Source: Candidatus Eiseniibacteriota bacterium (lineage in GTDB: Bacteria > Eisenbacteria > RBG-16-71-46). Taken from it: a DNA stretch of 64,000 bases. The notes under the pieces are model-generated. The model had not been told where the DNA came from. It ran no database searches and saw only the letters and a program-made list of their open reading frames with translations. The stretch's first letter is position 1, and each line of letters begins with the position of its first letter. The stretch is from positions 2,496,001-2,560,000 of the forward strand of contig OY970342.1 in assembly GCA_963717505.1 (NCBI GenBank). Direction: 5' to 3'. Positions 63,930 through 64,000 of this stretch are shown one piece after another. The translations under genes and the position numbers were made by a program.

Positions 63930-64000
63930 TTAGCTGTGATCCGAACGCGACGCCTCACGGCGTCGTGTCGTGTTGGTCGAACCCCGGGTTCTGAGACCAT

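Overview
High-GC bacterial chromosomal window. Secreted proteins with FlgD-Ig/T9SS-type-A-like C-terminal tails and TolB-propeller Ser/Thr kinases suggest an FCB-adjacent uncultured lineage such as Ca. Eisenbacteria (inference only). Indels cluster in two tracts (about 10.5-18.4 kb and 38.1-39.7 kb) and look like long-read consensus errors. The main feature is a roughly 19-kb, 19-gene minus-strand operon behind a sigma-54-type promoter. Its distal half is an Agl/Glt-like proton-motive-force motor: MotA/ExbB, two ExbD, an AgmX/PglI-type TonB-like protein, a GltF-like protein and GltE- and GltD-like TPR proteins. Its proximal half is an extracytoplasmic redox and outer-membrane module: a CX5CH heme lipoprotein, a di-heme HzsA-like propeller lipoprotein, TlpA, DUF4266, a DUF3570 barrel with a flavinylation-like motif, three more predicted barrels and an NHL protein with a sorting tail. 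An ApbE flavin transferase fused to a large unknown domain lies 12 kb away. Divergent from the operon is a sigma-54-driven minor pilin/PilY1 cluster. The rest contains pirin, an RhlE-like helicase, an ExeA-SPOR ATPase, HtrA, three Ser/Thr kinases, CopA, hydrolases, an FAD/OsmC/FMO/MaoC cluster, sigma-54-regulated stress genes, tRNA-Cys, rhomboid and CPBP proteases, and three sigma-28-like promoters in front of non-flagellar genes. No CRISPR array, rRNA, integrase or transposase was seen. All family calls come from motif recognition by eye, not from database searches.
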